Below are positions 29,015 through 38,438 of a stretch of DNA of 64,000 bases, piece by piece. The notes beneath the pieces are model-generated. The model was not told the DNA's origin. It was given only the letters and a program-made list of their open reading frames with translations, and searched no databases. Within the stretch, counting starts at the first letter, position 1. Each line of letters opens with the position of its first letter. Source of the stretch: an uncultured Candidatus Actinomarina sp. GTDB lineage: Bacteria > Actinomycetota > Acidimicrobiia > Actinomarinales > Actinomarinaceae. The stretch spans positions 3,525-67,524 of the forward strand of contig CACMQN010000007.1 of the NCBI GenBank assembly GCA_902615855.1, in the 5' to 3' direction. The position numbers and the translations under genes are program-made.

Positions 29015-30343
29015 TTATTCAAATTTATCCTTAATACTTTGAATAATTTCCACACCATTTGTATCTAAATTGATAAATTCTTCTCTATGATCAGAACTAA
29101 TTTCTGGATAGTTATCAACAATTGGAGAAATGACATTACTGAATTTTTCTGGTGAAGCGGTTCCAATAGCTACTGTAGGAATATTTGAATTTATATCTAG
29201 AGCCATTCTTACAGATGTCACAGTATGAGGGTCAAATACAATATTAAATTTTTCATTAAGTGTCAGAATTTCACTTTTTATATCGTTATCATCATATGTT
29301 TTTGAGCTAAAGACATGTTGTAATTTCTCTAAGGAATTCTCGCTCAATATTGATTTGTTATATTTTGTAAAATTTTCATAAAATAAAGCAGAGTCATTCT
29401 CAAGATCATGAATTAATCTCTCTAGGCTTGATGGAATCTGGATATCCATACTTGGGGCAACACTTGGTTTTGTAATAAGAGGTTTTAATGTCCCAGTGTC
29501 AATAAATCTTTTAAGCACGTCATTAACGTTTGTTGTACACATAATTTGATTAATTTTGAGTCCATTTGAACGGCCGAACCATGCTGAATAAGCATTGCCA
29601 AAATTCCCTGATGGGATTACAACATTAATTGGTGATGTGAATTGGTTTGTTAACCATACATAATATGAGACTTGTCCCATGACTCTGAGCCAATTGATAG
29701 AATTTAAAGATATAATTCTTCGATCAAAGGGGTTATCAGATAGAATCTCTTTTGCAATTCGTTGACAATCATCATATGAACCGTTAACCGCAATGTTTAG
29801 AACATTTTCTTTTATTACAGTTGTCATTTGCTTTCTTTGATAATCGCTGATTTTGCCCGCAGGGTGAAGTACAACTATATCTATATTCTCAGATTCTTTA
29901 ACTGCCTGAATTGCCGCACTTCCTGTATCACCACTCGTTGCAACAATTACTAGTCCTCTCTCTCCGAGTTCACTTAACCTCTTATCAGCAATTGCTCCAA
30001 GAGGTTGAAGTGCGTAATCTTTAAATGATTTTGTTGGACCATGGAAAAGTTCCATGATAAGTGTCGTATCATTAAGATCTTTTAAAACAGGCTCTGCAGA
30101 GTGTTCAAACCCAGAATAGAGTGATAAGTCGTCAACATATTTCGCTGAGTTTTTATCTAGTGCAATAAAGATTGTTTTTACAAAATCCTCATAACTTAAG
30201 TCTTCTTCAGTTAGATGATTGAGATTATCGATTGTTAATGAATCAGGTAAATAAAGGCCTTTATCAGGTGCTAAACCTGAGAGAATGACATCTTCAAAAG
30301 AGATAGTCTCTTTATGTCCCCTTGTCGATTGATACTGTACCAC
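29015..30343 (-). CDS. thrC: Threonine synthase
   Basis: PLP-lysine motif 'HGPTKSFKD' and 'SSGNFG'-type 'PSGNFGNA'. Position is after hom. Confidence 0.92.
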   Translation of the reverse strand: MVQYQSTRGHKETISFEDVILSGLAPDKGLYLPDSLTIDNLNHLTEEDLSYEDFVKTIFIALDKNSAKYVDDLSLYSGFEHSAEPVLKDLNDTTLIMELFHGPTKSFKDYALQPLGAIADKRLSELGERGLVIVATSGDTGSAAIQAVKESENIDIVVLHPAGKISDYQRKQMTTVIKENVLNIAVNGSYDDCQRIAKEILSDNPFDRRIISLNSINWLRVMGQVSYYVWLTNQFTSPINVVIPSGNFGNAYSAWFGRSNGLKINQIMCTTNVNDVLKRFIDTGTLKPLITKPSVAPSMDIQIPSSLERLIHDLENDSALFYENFTKYNKSILSENSLEKLQHVFSSKTYDDNDIKSEILTLNEKFNIVFDPHTVTSVRMALDINSNIPTVAIGTASPEKFSNVISPIVDNYPEISSDHREEFINLDTNGVEIIQSIKDKFE

Positions 30344-31600
30344 TTAAACGTAAACGCGAAGTGTAGAAGTCACAGTAGTGACTGAATCTAATGCTGATAT
30401 CTGATCAATAGAATTCTTAATATCTTTCTCAGGTGCTTCATGAGTAACTAGTACAAGCTCTGCTGTATCTCCCCTGCCTTCTTGAATAACACTCTCAATA
30501 CTTACATTATTATCTCCAAAAGTTCCTGATATTTTAGCTAATACACCTGGTTCATCGTTGACGGAAAGTCGTATAAACATGCTAGATTCAACATTCTGAA
30601 AGCTTTTCATTTCGCCTTTAAATTCTCTTAATGGATACCAGTTTGTTTGATCACTACTTAATTGATGACAAGCGCTTAATACATCGCCAATAATTGCACT
30701 TGCTGTAGGTTCTGCACCAGCTCCTGGCCCAGAAAATACAAGCTGATTGATATTATCTCCCTCAATAACAAGTGCATTTAAGGCTCCTCTAATTGCGGCA
30801 AGAGGATGCTTTCTATCAATTAACACAGGATGTACTCTTGCATTGAAACCATTTTTGTTATCTATTTGCGCAACTAGCTTGATTGTTTTACCTAATCTTG
30901 CAGCCCACTCAAAATCTTCTTTAGTAATGCCTGAAATACCATCAGTAAATAGATCATCAGAGGTTGGAGATGTTCCAAAACAAAGAAAAGATAAAATTAC
31001 TGCTTTGTACTTTGCATCTAAACCTTCAACGTCATTTGTAGGATCTGGTTCTGCATATCCAAGTTCTTGCGCTGTAGATAAAGCATCATCATATGTGCTT
31101 CCCTCCTCCATTGACGTAAGCATATAGTTACTTGTTCCATTAATAATCCCTGATACTTTTGTTAATTCTTCTCCTCGGAGACTTTCAATGATTGGTTTCA
31201 GTACAGGTATACCTGCAGCAACTGCTGCTTCAAAATACAAACAAGCATTATTTTCCTTTGCAATGTTTATAAGATCAGATCCTGAATGGGCAATTATATC
31301 TTTGTTTGCTGTAATTACTCCTTTCCCATTTTGCAAAAGTGCCTTTATGTATTCTTTACCAGGATCAACACCTCCAAGAACTTCTATGACAAGATCAATT
31401 GAATCGTCATTTAAAATGTCATCAAAATTTTCAGTGAGAATTTCGTTTGAAATATCTCTTTTTTTACTTTTATCTTTTACTAAAACTCTTTTTACATTTA
31501 ATTCAACTATTCCTTTATCTAAGTTCATGAGGCGTGAGATAACAGCTGAACCAATATTGCCAGCACCCATAACAGCTACATTAAAAGTTTTATTTTCCAT
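30344..31600 (-). CDS. hom: Homoserine dehydrogenase (with C-terminal ACT domain)
   Basis: Rossmann 'VMGAGNIGSAV' and 'NGTSNYML'. Confidence 0.92.
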   Translation of the reverse strand: MENKTFNVAVMGAGNIGSAVISRLMNLDKGIVELNVKRVLVKDKSKKRDISNEILTENFDDILNDDSIDLVIEVLGGVDPGKEYIKALLQNGKGVITANKDIIAHSGSDLINIAKENNACLYFEAAVAAGIPVLKPIIESLRGEELTKVSGIINGTSNYMLTSMEEGSTYDDALSTAQELGYAEPDPTNDVEGLDAKYKAVILSFLCFGTSPTSDDLFTDGISGITKEDFEWAARLGKTIKLVAQIDNKNGFNARVHPVLIDRKHPLAAIRGALNALVIEGDNINQLVFSGPGAGAEPTASAIIGDVLSACHQLSSDQTNWYPLREFKGEMKSFQNVESSMFIRLSVNDEPGVLAKISGTFGDNNVSIESVIQEGRGDTAELVLVTHEAPEKDIKNSIDQISALDSVTTVTSTLRVYV

Positions 31601-31645
31601 ATTTAGTAAGGATAAATGTTATTTAATTTGAAACAACAAGAAATA

Positions 31646-32092
31646 TTAGGAGAGTTTATTTTTTACGATTTTACTAACAACAGAGCCATCTATTCCGTCA
31701 CCCTTTGCCATAACTGCTCCAATGACTCTTCCCATTTGGGAAATATCAACATCACCTAATTCGGAAAGGACCTCATCAACAATTTTTTCAACTTCTTCTT
31801 CACTAATTTGTTCTGGTAAATAGCTACGTAAAAAATCAATCTCAAATTGTATTTTTTCTGCCATCTCTTGACCCCTGTCACCCAAGGATTGATATTCTTC
31901 AACAGCCTTTATCATTTTTTTAACATATGAAGAAATCACTCCAAGTACAAGATCGTCATTTACCTCTTCGCCTTTTTCAGCTTTCTTTTTTGCAATTTCT
32001 GTTTGAATTTGTCTAATAGCATCAAGTTTGGGTTTGTCTTTTGCCCTCATTGCATCTTTTAATGCCATGCTTAGATCATCTGCTAGTGCCAT
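31646..32092 (-). CDS. GatB/YqeY domain protein
   Basis: 'L..DLK.AMRAKD...L..IR', 148 aa. Confidence 0.8.
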   Translation of the reverse strand: MALADDLSMALKDAMRAKDKPKLDAIRQIQTEIAKKKAEKGEEVNDDLVLGVISSYVKKMIKAVEEYQSLGDRGQEMAEKIQFEIDFLRSYLPEQISEEEVEKIVDEVLSELGDVDISQMGRVIGAVMAKGDGIDGSVVSKIVKNKLS

Positions 32093-32112
32093 AATTTATT
32101 TATCCTATCTAT

Positions 32113-32751
32113 TTAAAGTTTATCACCAATATCTGTGACTACACCATAAACTCCTGTATTTAAAATATTTTCAATTTCATCTTTATCATTAACTGTCCAG
32201 ACAACACATTTGTCTTTTGGTAGGTCAAACTTTCTTGAATCAAAAATATCTTTTTGGATCATAAACATTAAATTATCATCTAAATTCGAAATAGCTTTGC
32301 TTTCGAATAACTGATTTTCTTCATCAATCAAAATACCGTATCTTGAATTAAATTTTTCTCTATTACTCAAAATTATTCCCCAATCAAATGAAGAAACAAT
32401 ATCTTCACGATGTGCTATCTCAATGATTTTTTCAACGAAAATCGCGTTGAGAGTATCGTGTTTATTATTTACTTTTAATTCAAAATTAACATTTCCCAAT
32501 ATTTGATCCTTAGATGTTAAATGAATCTCACTAAGGTCAGTATTTTTAATATCTGATATCTCTTGTAATGATAAATCTTCAATTTTTTGATTATTTATTG
32601 TCGGATCATGAAAAAGAATCAATTCTTTATCTTTTGTTATTCGTACATCTGTTTCGACAAAATCACATATTTCTAGAGCTTTATTGAGACTTAAAAAAGT
32701 GTTTTCAGGGTATAAATTGGGTAAACCTCTATGACCAAAAATTTTTCTCAA
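32113..32751 (-). CDS. Glycerophosphodiester phosphodiesterase family protein (short)
   Basis: N-terminus 'GHRGLPNLYPENT' and 'ETDVR...D..L...HD'. Confidence 0.75.
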   Translation of the reverse strand: MRKIFGHRGLPNLYPENTFLSLNKALEICDFVETDVRITKDKELILFHDPTINNQKIEDLSLQEISDIKNTDLSEIHLTSKDQILGNVNFELKVNNKHDTLNAIFVEKIIEIAHREDIVSSFDWGIILSNREKFNSRYGILIDEENQLFESKAISNLDDNLMFMIQKDIFDSRKFDLPKDKCVVWTVNDKDEIENILNTGVYGVVTDIGDKL

Positions 32752-32827
32752 AATACTTCCTTATATTTTTAATTTTAGTACAATTAATTCACTAGATTGT
32801 GAAACATTTCACAAAGTAAGGAATAAT

Positions 32828-33112
32828 GTGCAAATAATTAATTTTGACTTAGAACAAGAAATTTGGATGAAAGAAGGAGCATGCGTTTTTGCTGATCCAG
32901 ACCTGTTTTTTCCAGTAGGTTCTTCAATGAAGGCATTAAAACAAGCAGCTGAAGCTAAGGCAATATGTAATGAGTGTGAAGTAAAAATTGACTGCCTAGA
33001 ATATGCTATTCGAACAAATCAGGACTCTGGTGTTTGGGGAGGAACAACAGAGGATGAAAGAAAATCAATAAGAAGAGAGTACAAAAAAACTGGCACTTTA
33101 GTAAATTCTTAA
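32828..33112 (+). CDS. WhiB-family Fe-S transcription factor
   Basis: Four Cys ('GACVFADPDLFFP', 'CNECEVKIDC') and 'GVWGG'. The true start may be the ATG at 32867. Confidence 0.9.
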   Translation: MQIINFDLEQEIWMKEGACVFADPDLFFPVGSSMKALKQAAEAKAICNECEVKIDCLEYAIRTNQDSGVWGGTTEDERKSIRREYKKTGTLVNS

Positions 33113-33333
33113 ACTAAGCCCGCTTCCCTCTTATCATTATCATCAACAAACTCTATAGAATGTATTTGTTTTGCGTTGATGCCAATCTCACCATCTTCAT
33201 CTTTAATCCAGTACATTCCGCCATTTTGGATTAAATCTTCGATTTCTTTTGTAAACTTCTTTTTATCATCAACTTCAGTTTGAAATTCCTTCATTGAACC
33301 AAGAAGTGCGATTTTAACTTTTTGCTTAGCCAC
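33109..33333 (-). CDS. DUF3107-like small protein
   Basis: 74 aa. The spacing pattern ('KI..........V...........I......L.L.DE.G..I.I.A..I..IE') resembles actinobacterial DUF3107 from memory. Confidence 0.45.
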   Translation of the reverse strand: MAKQKVKIALLGSMKEFQTEVDDKKKFTKEIEDLIQNGGMYWIKDEDGEIGINAKQIHSIEFVDDNDKREAGLV

Positions 33334-33342
33334 AATATCTCC

Positions 33343-34320
33343 TTATAAAACGTTTTCACCCATAAAAATTGCAGACACAGAATCATCCGCAAAAATAGAT
33401 GTTAGCGCCGTTGCAATAATAGAAGAAACGGAGAGAATGTTTACATTTCCAATTTTTTCTATATTCCCATTTTGTTTAAGAGTATCTGTGACAACTATTT
33501 CTTCGATAGGAGTCTCTTTAAGTGTCTCTACGCTTTCATCTGAAAAAATACCATGTGTTGCAGCTACGTTCACAGATTTTGCACCTCTTTCAATCAGAGC
33601 CCTTGATGCAGCTGCAATTGTTCCACCTGTATCAATTATGTCATCAAACAATATTGCATGTCGATCTTCAACATCTCCAATAACGGTAAATGCCTTAACT
33701 TCGTTATGTACCTTTGGATCTCTTTTCTTGTGTACAAAACCAACATAAGCCTCCATGTTTTTAGCAAAAGTTGTAGCTCTTCTCACTCCTCCAGCGTCCG
33801 GGGAAATAATTGTTATAGGCTCTTGAAATTTTTCTTTAAAGTAATTTACAAATAATGGCATAGCCGTCAAATGATCAAAAGGCTGATCAATAAATCCCTG
33901 AATCTGTTGAGTGTGTAAATCAATTGAGACAATTCTATCGGCCCCAGCTGCAATAAATAAGTCAGCAACTAATCGAGCAGATATAGGCTCTCTAGGCAAT
34001 GCTTTTTTATCCTGTCTTGAATATGGGTAAAACGGAAGTACAGCAGTGATTCTTTTTGCTGAGGCTCTTTTTAAGGCATCTACAAGTAAAAGCTGTTCCA
34101 TAATTGTAAAGTTAACTTGGCCTGAATGGCTTTGCATTACAAAACAATCAGCACCTCTGACACTTTCTTGTAAACGTATATAAATTTCCCCATTAGCAAA
34201 TTGAGTTTTATCTACTTCGGCAAGCTCTGTTCCAAGTTCTTTTGCGACTTTATCGGCTAATTCAGTATTTGATGAACCGGAGAATAAAAGCATTTTCTTT
34301 TTGCCAGCTCGCTCAATCAT
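33343..34320 (-). CDS. prs: Ribose-phosphate pyrophosphokinase
   Basis: 'GEI.I...ESVRG.D', 'DLH..Q.QGFF' type, and the PRPP loop 'LFDDIIDTGGT'. Confidence 0.95.
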   Translation of the reverse strand: MIERAGKKKMLLFSGSSNTELADKVAKELGTELAEVDKTQFANGEIYIRLQESVRGADCFVMQSHSGQVNFTIMEQLLLVDALKRASAKRITAVLPFYPYSRQDKKALPREPISARLVADLFIAAGADRIVSIDLHTQQIQGFIDQPFDHLTAMPLFVNYFKEKFQEPITIISPDAGGVRRATTFAKNMEAYVGFVHKKRDPKVHNEVKAFTVIGDVEDRHAILFDDIIDTGGTIAAASRALIERGAKSVNVAATHGIFSDESVETLKETPIEEIVVTDTLKQNGNIEKIGNVNILSVSSIIATALTSIFADDSVSAIFMGENVL

Positions 34321-35690
34321 TTCTTTCCTTTTTTATGTTTTCGATTCATATAACCCTCAATATTCTTTTGGTCGTTTCTTTCAATACCAAGAGCACCGGG
34401 AGGAACATCTTTTGTAATTACAGATCCAGCACCCACCATAGCTCCCTCACCAATAGTCACAGGAGCGACAAGCATTGTATCTGAACCTACAAATGCATTT
34501 TTCTTTATTTCAGTTTTATGTTTTTCTTTACCGTCATAATTAACAGTTATTGCTCCAGCTGAAAAATTTACATCTTCTTCTAATTCTGCGTCTCCAACAT
34601 AAGCGAGATGGGGTACTTTACTGCCTTTTCCAATTTTTGAATTTTTTGTTTCTGCAAAAGCTCCGACTTTTACATTTTCATCTAGAATAGATCCTTTTCT
34701 TAAATGAGCATAAGGACCAATTGTTGCCTTGCCTTTTATTTCAGCTTCATCGATTACTGAAAATTGGACGACAGAGCCTTCTCCTATTTTAGAATCATTA
34801 ATTATTGAGTTTGGTCCAATTACACAATCTTTCTCAATATTTGTTGTTCCTGTTAAATGACAATTAGCGAGGATTCTCGTTCCTGAGGCTATCTTTACGG
34901 ATTTATCTATATATGTTGAATTTGGATCCTGAAAATATACGCCATTTTCCATGTGAAATTCAATTAGTTCTTTTCGAAGCGTGTTCTCAACATCATTCAG
35001 CTGACTCATGGAATTTATACCTTGGATTGAATCTTCATTTACTTGTACTATAACCCTTTCAAGATTGTTTTGAAAAGCTATATTTATTAAATCTGTAAGA
35101 TAAAACTCTTTTTGATTATTTGAACTTTCTAAACTTCCAATATTTGAATTCAAGAAATTTATATCTATGCAATATATTCCAGAATTAATTTCATTGATTT
35201 GTTTCTCAGTTTCATTCGCATCTGATTCTTCAATTATCTTTTCAAACTCTTCATTGTTTTTTACAATTCTTCCGTACCCAAACGGGTTTTGAACTTTTGC
35301 TGTAATTAACCCAATTGCAGCTTCATTAGCTATGACATCATTTACTAATTTATCTAAATCGTCCTTTCTTATCAGAGGAACATCGCCAGGAATCACAACT
35401 AAGTATTGACTTTGGTCACTATCAAACTCACTGCTTTCTAATAATGTAGAAATTGCATGACCTGTACCAAGTTGTTCTTTTTGTATTACAGGAATAAAAG
35501 ACTCTAATAAAGTTGACGATACTTTTTCTGATTGGTGTCCAACAACTACATATTTACTTTCAAAATGACCAATTGCTTCTTGAGCATAATCTATCATTGG
35601 AATGCCTAATACATTATGGAGAACTTTTGGAAGAGAGGACTTCATTCTTTTCCCTTTACCAGCAGCTAAAATTACACCTGAAATACTCAT
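34317..35690 (-). CDS. glmU: Bifunctional GlcNAc-1-P uridyltransferase / GlcN-1-P acetyltransferase
   Basis: 'GVILAAGKGKRM' and C-terminal hexapeptide repeats. The start is trimmed to ATG 35688-35690 because the longer ORF runs through the tRNA gene. Confidence 0.92.
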   Translation of the reverse strand: MSISGVILAAGKGKRMKSSLPKVLHNVLGIPMIDYAQEAIGHFESKYVVVGHQSEKVSSTLLESFIPVIQKEQLGTGHAISTLLESSEFDSDQSQYLVVIPGDVPLIRKDDLDKLVNDVIANEAAIGLITAKVQNPFGYGRIVKNNEEFEKIIEESDANETEKQINEINSGIYCIDINFLNSNIGSLESSNNQKEFYLTDLINIAFQNNLERVIVQVNEDSIQGINSMSQLNDVENTLRKELIEFHMENGVYFQDPNSTYIDKSVKIASGTRILANCHLTGTTNIEKDCVIGPNSIINDSKIGEGSVVQFSVIDEAEIKGKATIGPYAHLRKGSILDENVKVGAFAETKNSKIGKGSKVPHLAYVGDAELEEDVNFSAGAITVNYDGKEKHKTEIKKNAFVGSDTMLVAPVTIGEGAMVGAGSVITKDVPPGALGIERNDQKNIEGYMNRKHKKGKK

Positions 35691-35698
35691 TTCATTAT

Positions 35699-35773
35699 TG
35701 GCTGGGGGAGAAGGACTCGAACCCTCAACGTTGGGACCAAAACCCAATGTGTTGCCAATTACACCATCCCCCA
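35699..35773 (-). tRNA. tRNA-Gln (anticodon UUG), CCA encoded
   Basis: Manual fold: acceptor TGGGGGA/TCCCCCA, D stem GTGT/ACAC, anticodon stem TTGGG/CCCAA with loop TT-TTG-GT, T arm GAGGG-TTCGAGT-CCTTC, discriminator G, CCA. Confidence 0.9.
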
Positions 35774-35788
35774 TTTCTTGTTTTAATT

Positions 35789-36613
35789 CTAATCTGAAAT
35801 TGTTTCCAAACTAAAATCAATCTTTTTTACTATTTTTACAATTCTAAATTGGTTCTCATCTATAAGGTCAATTTTTTTTTGTAAGTTATCCAATGTGCCA
35901 AAACAAAACATCGAGCTACCACTTCCTGACAAAAAGAACTCTTCATCTGTTGATGTGTCTAAATAATCTTTTATTTTTATTAAATTGGGTTCAATTTTTG
36001 TCGATGGATTCCAGAAATCGTTAAATATTTTTATATCTTTATATGTATTTACTAAAGTTGAAATATTTTTTAATCTATCAAACTCTAAAAATGCTTTTGC
36101 AGTTGAGACAACTTCATTAGGTACCACAAGCAACATATTTAATTCAATATCAATTTTTTTTGGCTCAATAATATCACCGATTCCTGTAACAAACGCTGGT
36201 TGTCCACTAATAAAGAAAGGTACATCACTACCAATTTTTTGAGCAACATGTTCATTGGATGGAAGAGATAGGTTATATACTTCTGACAACTTCGATATTA
36301 ACGCTCCTGCATTGGAACTACCACCACCAAGACCCGATTCTGTAGGAATATTCTTAGTTATATTTATTTCAAAATACTGAGAAAAATCATTCATTTCTCT
36401 TAATAATTTAAGAGATTTAGATACAGTATTGTTTTCAGGGATATTCATTGAGTCGAAAGTAATAATATCTTTATCATTTTTGATCTCTTTTATTTCAATA
36501 ACATCATAAAGATCTATTGGAACGATTAAAGATTCAATTTTATGAAGTCCATTAACCAATTCGTCCAACACTCTTAGGTTCAGATTAATTTTTCCAAAGG
36601 ATTTAATTTTCAT
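35789..36613 (-). CDS. ispE: 4-diphosphocytidyl-2-C-methyl-D-erythritol kinase
   Basis: GHMP kinase motif 'GLGGGSSNAGA' and 'K.NL.L.V'. Confidence 0.88.
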   Translation of the reverse strand: MKIKSFGKINLNLRVLDELVNGLHKIESLIVPIDLYDVIEIKEIKNDKDIITFDSMNIPENNTVSKSLKLLREMNDFSQYFEINITKNIPTESGLGGGSSNAGALISKLSEVYNLSLPSNEHVAQKIGSDVPFFISGQPAFVTGIGDIIEPKKIDIELNMLLVVPNEVVSTAKAFLEFDRLKNISTLVNTYKDIKIFNDFWNPSTKIEPNLIKIKDYLDTSTDEEFFLSGSGSSMFCFGTLDNLQKKIDLIDENQFRIVKIVKKIDFSLETISD

Positions 36614-37401
36614 TGTATGCTTTCTGCGATTGCTAAATAATCTTCAGGAGTTAACTCCTGTGGTCTTGAATCTAGATTTAACGATAATTTCTCAGCCATA
36701 TCCTCATCAATGTATTCACTTAAGGCCGTTTTTATTTTCTTTCTTTTTTGTTGAAATGCAACTTTTGAGATTTCAAAAGCTTTTAATCTTACTGCTTCAT
36801 CAACAAGTGTCTCTCTTTGAACTGTTAAAACTGTTGATAAAATTTTTGGTTTAGGTTCGAAACAGTTTTTACTCACATTGAACTGAATTTTTGTATTAGT
36901 AAATAATGAAGCGAGAACAGAAAGAGAGCCATATTGTTTGGTATTTGGCATTGCTACCATTCTTTCGGCAACTTCATCCTGAAGCATTACAACATATCGA
37001 TGTATTTGAGGAACTTCCGTAATTAGCTTAACCAACAATCTAGTTCCAATATTATAAGGTAGATTACCAACCATAATCCACCAAGGGCCAGTTAATTGGT
37101 TGTAATCATAATTCATTGCATCTTCATGAATTACCTCTATGTTTGGAACTTCTCTAAATCTTTCAGAAAGAAGATTGACTAATTCTTTATCAATTTCCAC
37201 AGCTTTAATCCTGTAATTATCCTTAAGTAATTCATTAGTAAGTGATCCTGTTCCTGGCCCAATTTCTATAATTGGATCAGCTAATTGACCTTGAACAAGT
37301 TTCGTAATTTTCCTTGAAATATTTGTATCAATTAAAAAGTTTTGTCCCAAATTCTTTTTTGGTTTTATATTTAATTTGTTAATCCAAAATACTTCGCTCA
37401 A
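36610..37401 (-). CDS. rsmA: 16S rRNA (adenine1518/1519-N6)-dimethyltransferase
   Basis: 'LGQNFL', 'EIGPGTGSLT' and 'GNLPYNI'. Confidence 0.93.
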   Translation of the reverse strand: MSEVFWINKLNIKPKKNLGQNFLIDTNISRKITKLVQGQLADPIIEIGPGTGSLTNELLKDNYRIKAVEIDKELVNLLSERFREVPNIEVIHEDAMNYDYNQLTGPWWIMVGNLPYNIGTRLLVKLITEVPQIHRYVVMLQDEVAERMVAMPNTKQYGSLSVLASLFTNTKIQFNVSKNCFEPKPKILSTVLTVQRETLVDEAVRLKAFEISKVAFQQKRKKIKTALSEYIDEDMAEKLSLNLDSRPQELTPEDYLAIAESIQ

Positions 37402-37403
37402 GA

Positions 37404-38150
37404 TTACCTCTTTAATAATTCTCTGGAATTTCCAATTGTAATTTCAGATAATTTATTTTCATCTATATCTAATAAACTTGATATTTTTGATGCTGTGTGC
37501 TCTATAAAGTTTGGTCTATTATCTTGCCCCTTTAATGGCATAGGTGTTAAATATGGTGTGTCTGTTTCTAGCAGTAATCTATTAATCGGTATCTCTTGTA
37601 CAGATAATTGTAAATCTTTTGCAGTTTCATAAGTTACTATTCCAGAAATTGAAAAGTAAACATCTAATTCTCTAAATCGTTTTGTCCATTTTCTGCCCCC
37701 TGTCCAAGAATGTAAAATAACCGATGATGGGTTGTTAAACTCAACTAATATATCGTAAGTATCTTGAAAACTATCACGGCAGTGAATAATAATTGGTTTA
37801 TTTAATTGTTTTGAAAATTCTAAATGGAACAAAAAGTTTTCTCTCTGTTCCTCTTTGGTGGATAGATTTCTATAAAAATCAAGACCCGTTTCTCCAATTA
37901 AATCTGCTTCAACAAAAAGCTTTTCAAGATCGTGTCTTTGAGTATCTAAAAGTTTTGCGTCATGAGGATGCAGGCCGGCAGACCAGTAACTTTCTACTTC
38001 TAATGATGAACTTACCTCTTTTGCCTTTGAAGATGATTCAGCATCTACTCCGGGTATTATTAAAAATTCAATGTTCCTGAATTGATTTTCGTCAAAATTT
38101 TTGTTTAATAATTGTAAATGACAATGGGTATCAACCCATTTGATTTCCAT
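37404..38150 (-). CDS. tatD: TatD-family metal-dependent hydrolase
   Basis: 'VDTHCHL', 'GETGLD' and 'IIHCRD'. The start is trimmed to M57 of the tracked ORF (ATG 38148-38150) because homologs begin just before 'DTHCH'. Confidence 0.85.
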   Translation of the reverse strand: MEIKWVDTHCHLQLLNKNFDENQFRNIEFLIIPGVDAESSSKAKEVSSSLEVESYWSAGLHPHDAKLLDTQRHDLEKLFVEADLIGETGLDFYRNLSTKEEQRENFLFHLEFSKQLNKPIIIHCRDSFQDTYDILVEFNNPSSVILHSWTGGRKWTKRFRELDVYFSISGIVTYETAKDLQLSVQEIPINRLLLETDTPYLTPMPLKGQDNRPNFIEHTASKISSLLDIDENKLSEITIGNSRELLKR

Positions 38151-38198
38151 AAATGATTGCGATTTATTCACTACTATAAGAATAGGAGTATTAAAAAT

Positions 38199-38438
38199 AT
38201 GGTCAAAGGTAATAAATCTAAGATAGACAACCTTGGGAGGGTTGTAATACCTAAATCCATTCGAAAAGCTCTTAATGTTGAGCACAATGATGAAATATCG
38301 ATGCATGTCGAAAATCAAGCATTAATAATTACTAAAAATAATAATGTTTGCACAATATGTGGTAAAGAAAAGATTAAATTACAAATTAAAGATAAATATT
38401 TATGTAAAAGCTGTGTCGACGCAATTAAAGATTTTTAA
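38199..38438 (+). CDS. AbrB/MazE/SpoVT-type DNA-binding domain fused to a C-terminal CxxC...CxxC zinc ribbon
   Basis: 'IDNLGRVVIPKSIRKAL' swapped-hairpin motif, then 'CTICGKEKIKLQIKDKYLCKSC'. The start is set at the ATG preceded by AGGAG. The 3' end overlaps rsmI convergently. Confidence 0.6.
   Translation: MVKGNKSKIDNLGRVVIPKSIRKALNVEHNDEISMHVENQALIITKNNNVCTICGKEKIKLQIKDKYLCKSCVDAIKDF

Noticed and set aside
35691-35774. N-terminal 28-aa extension of the glmU ORF ('MGDGVIGNTLGFGPNVEGSSPSPPANNE')
   Set aside because: This stretch is the antisense-free translation of the tRNA-Gln gene itself. GlmU homologs start just before 'ILAAGKGxRM', so the ATG at 35690 is used.
38151-38318. 56-aa N-terminal extension of the TatD ORF
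   Set aside because: The extension is not TatD-like, and it would overlap the opposite-strand AbrB-type gene. The conserved 'DTHCHL' follows the internal Met at 38150.
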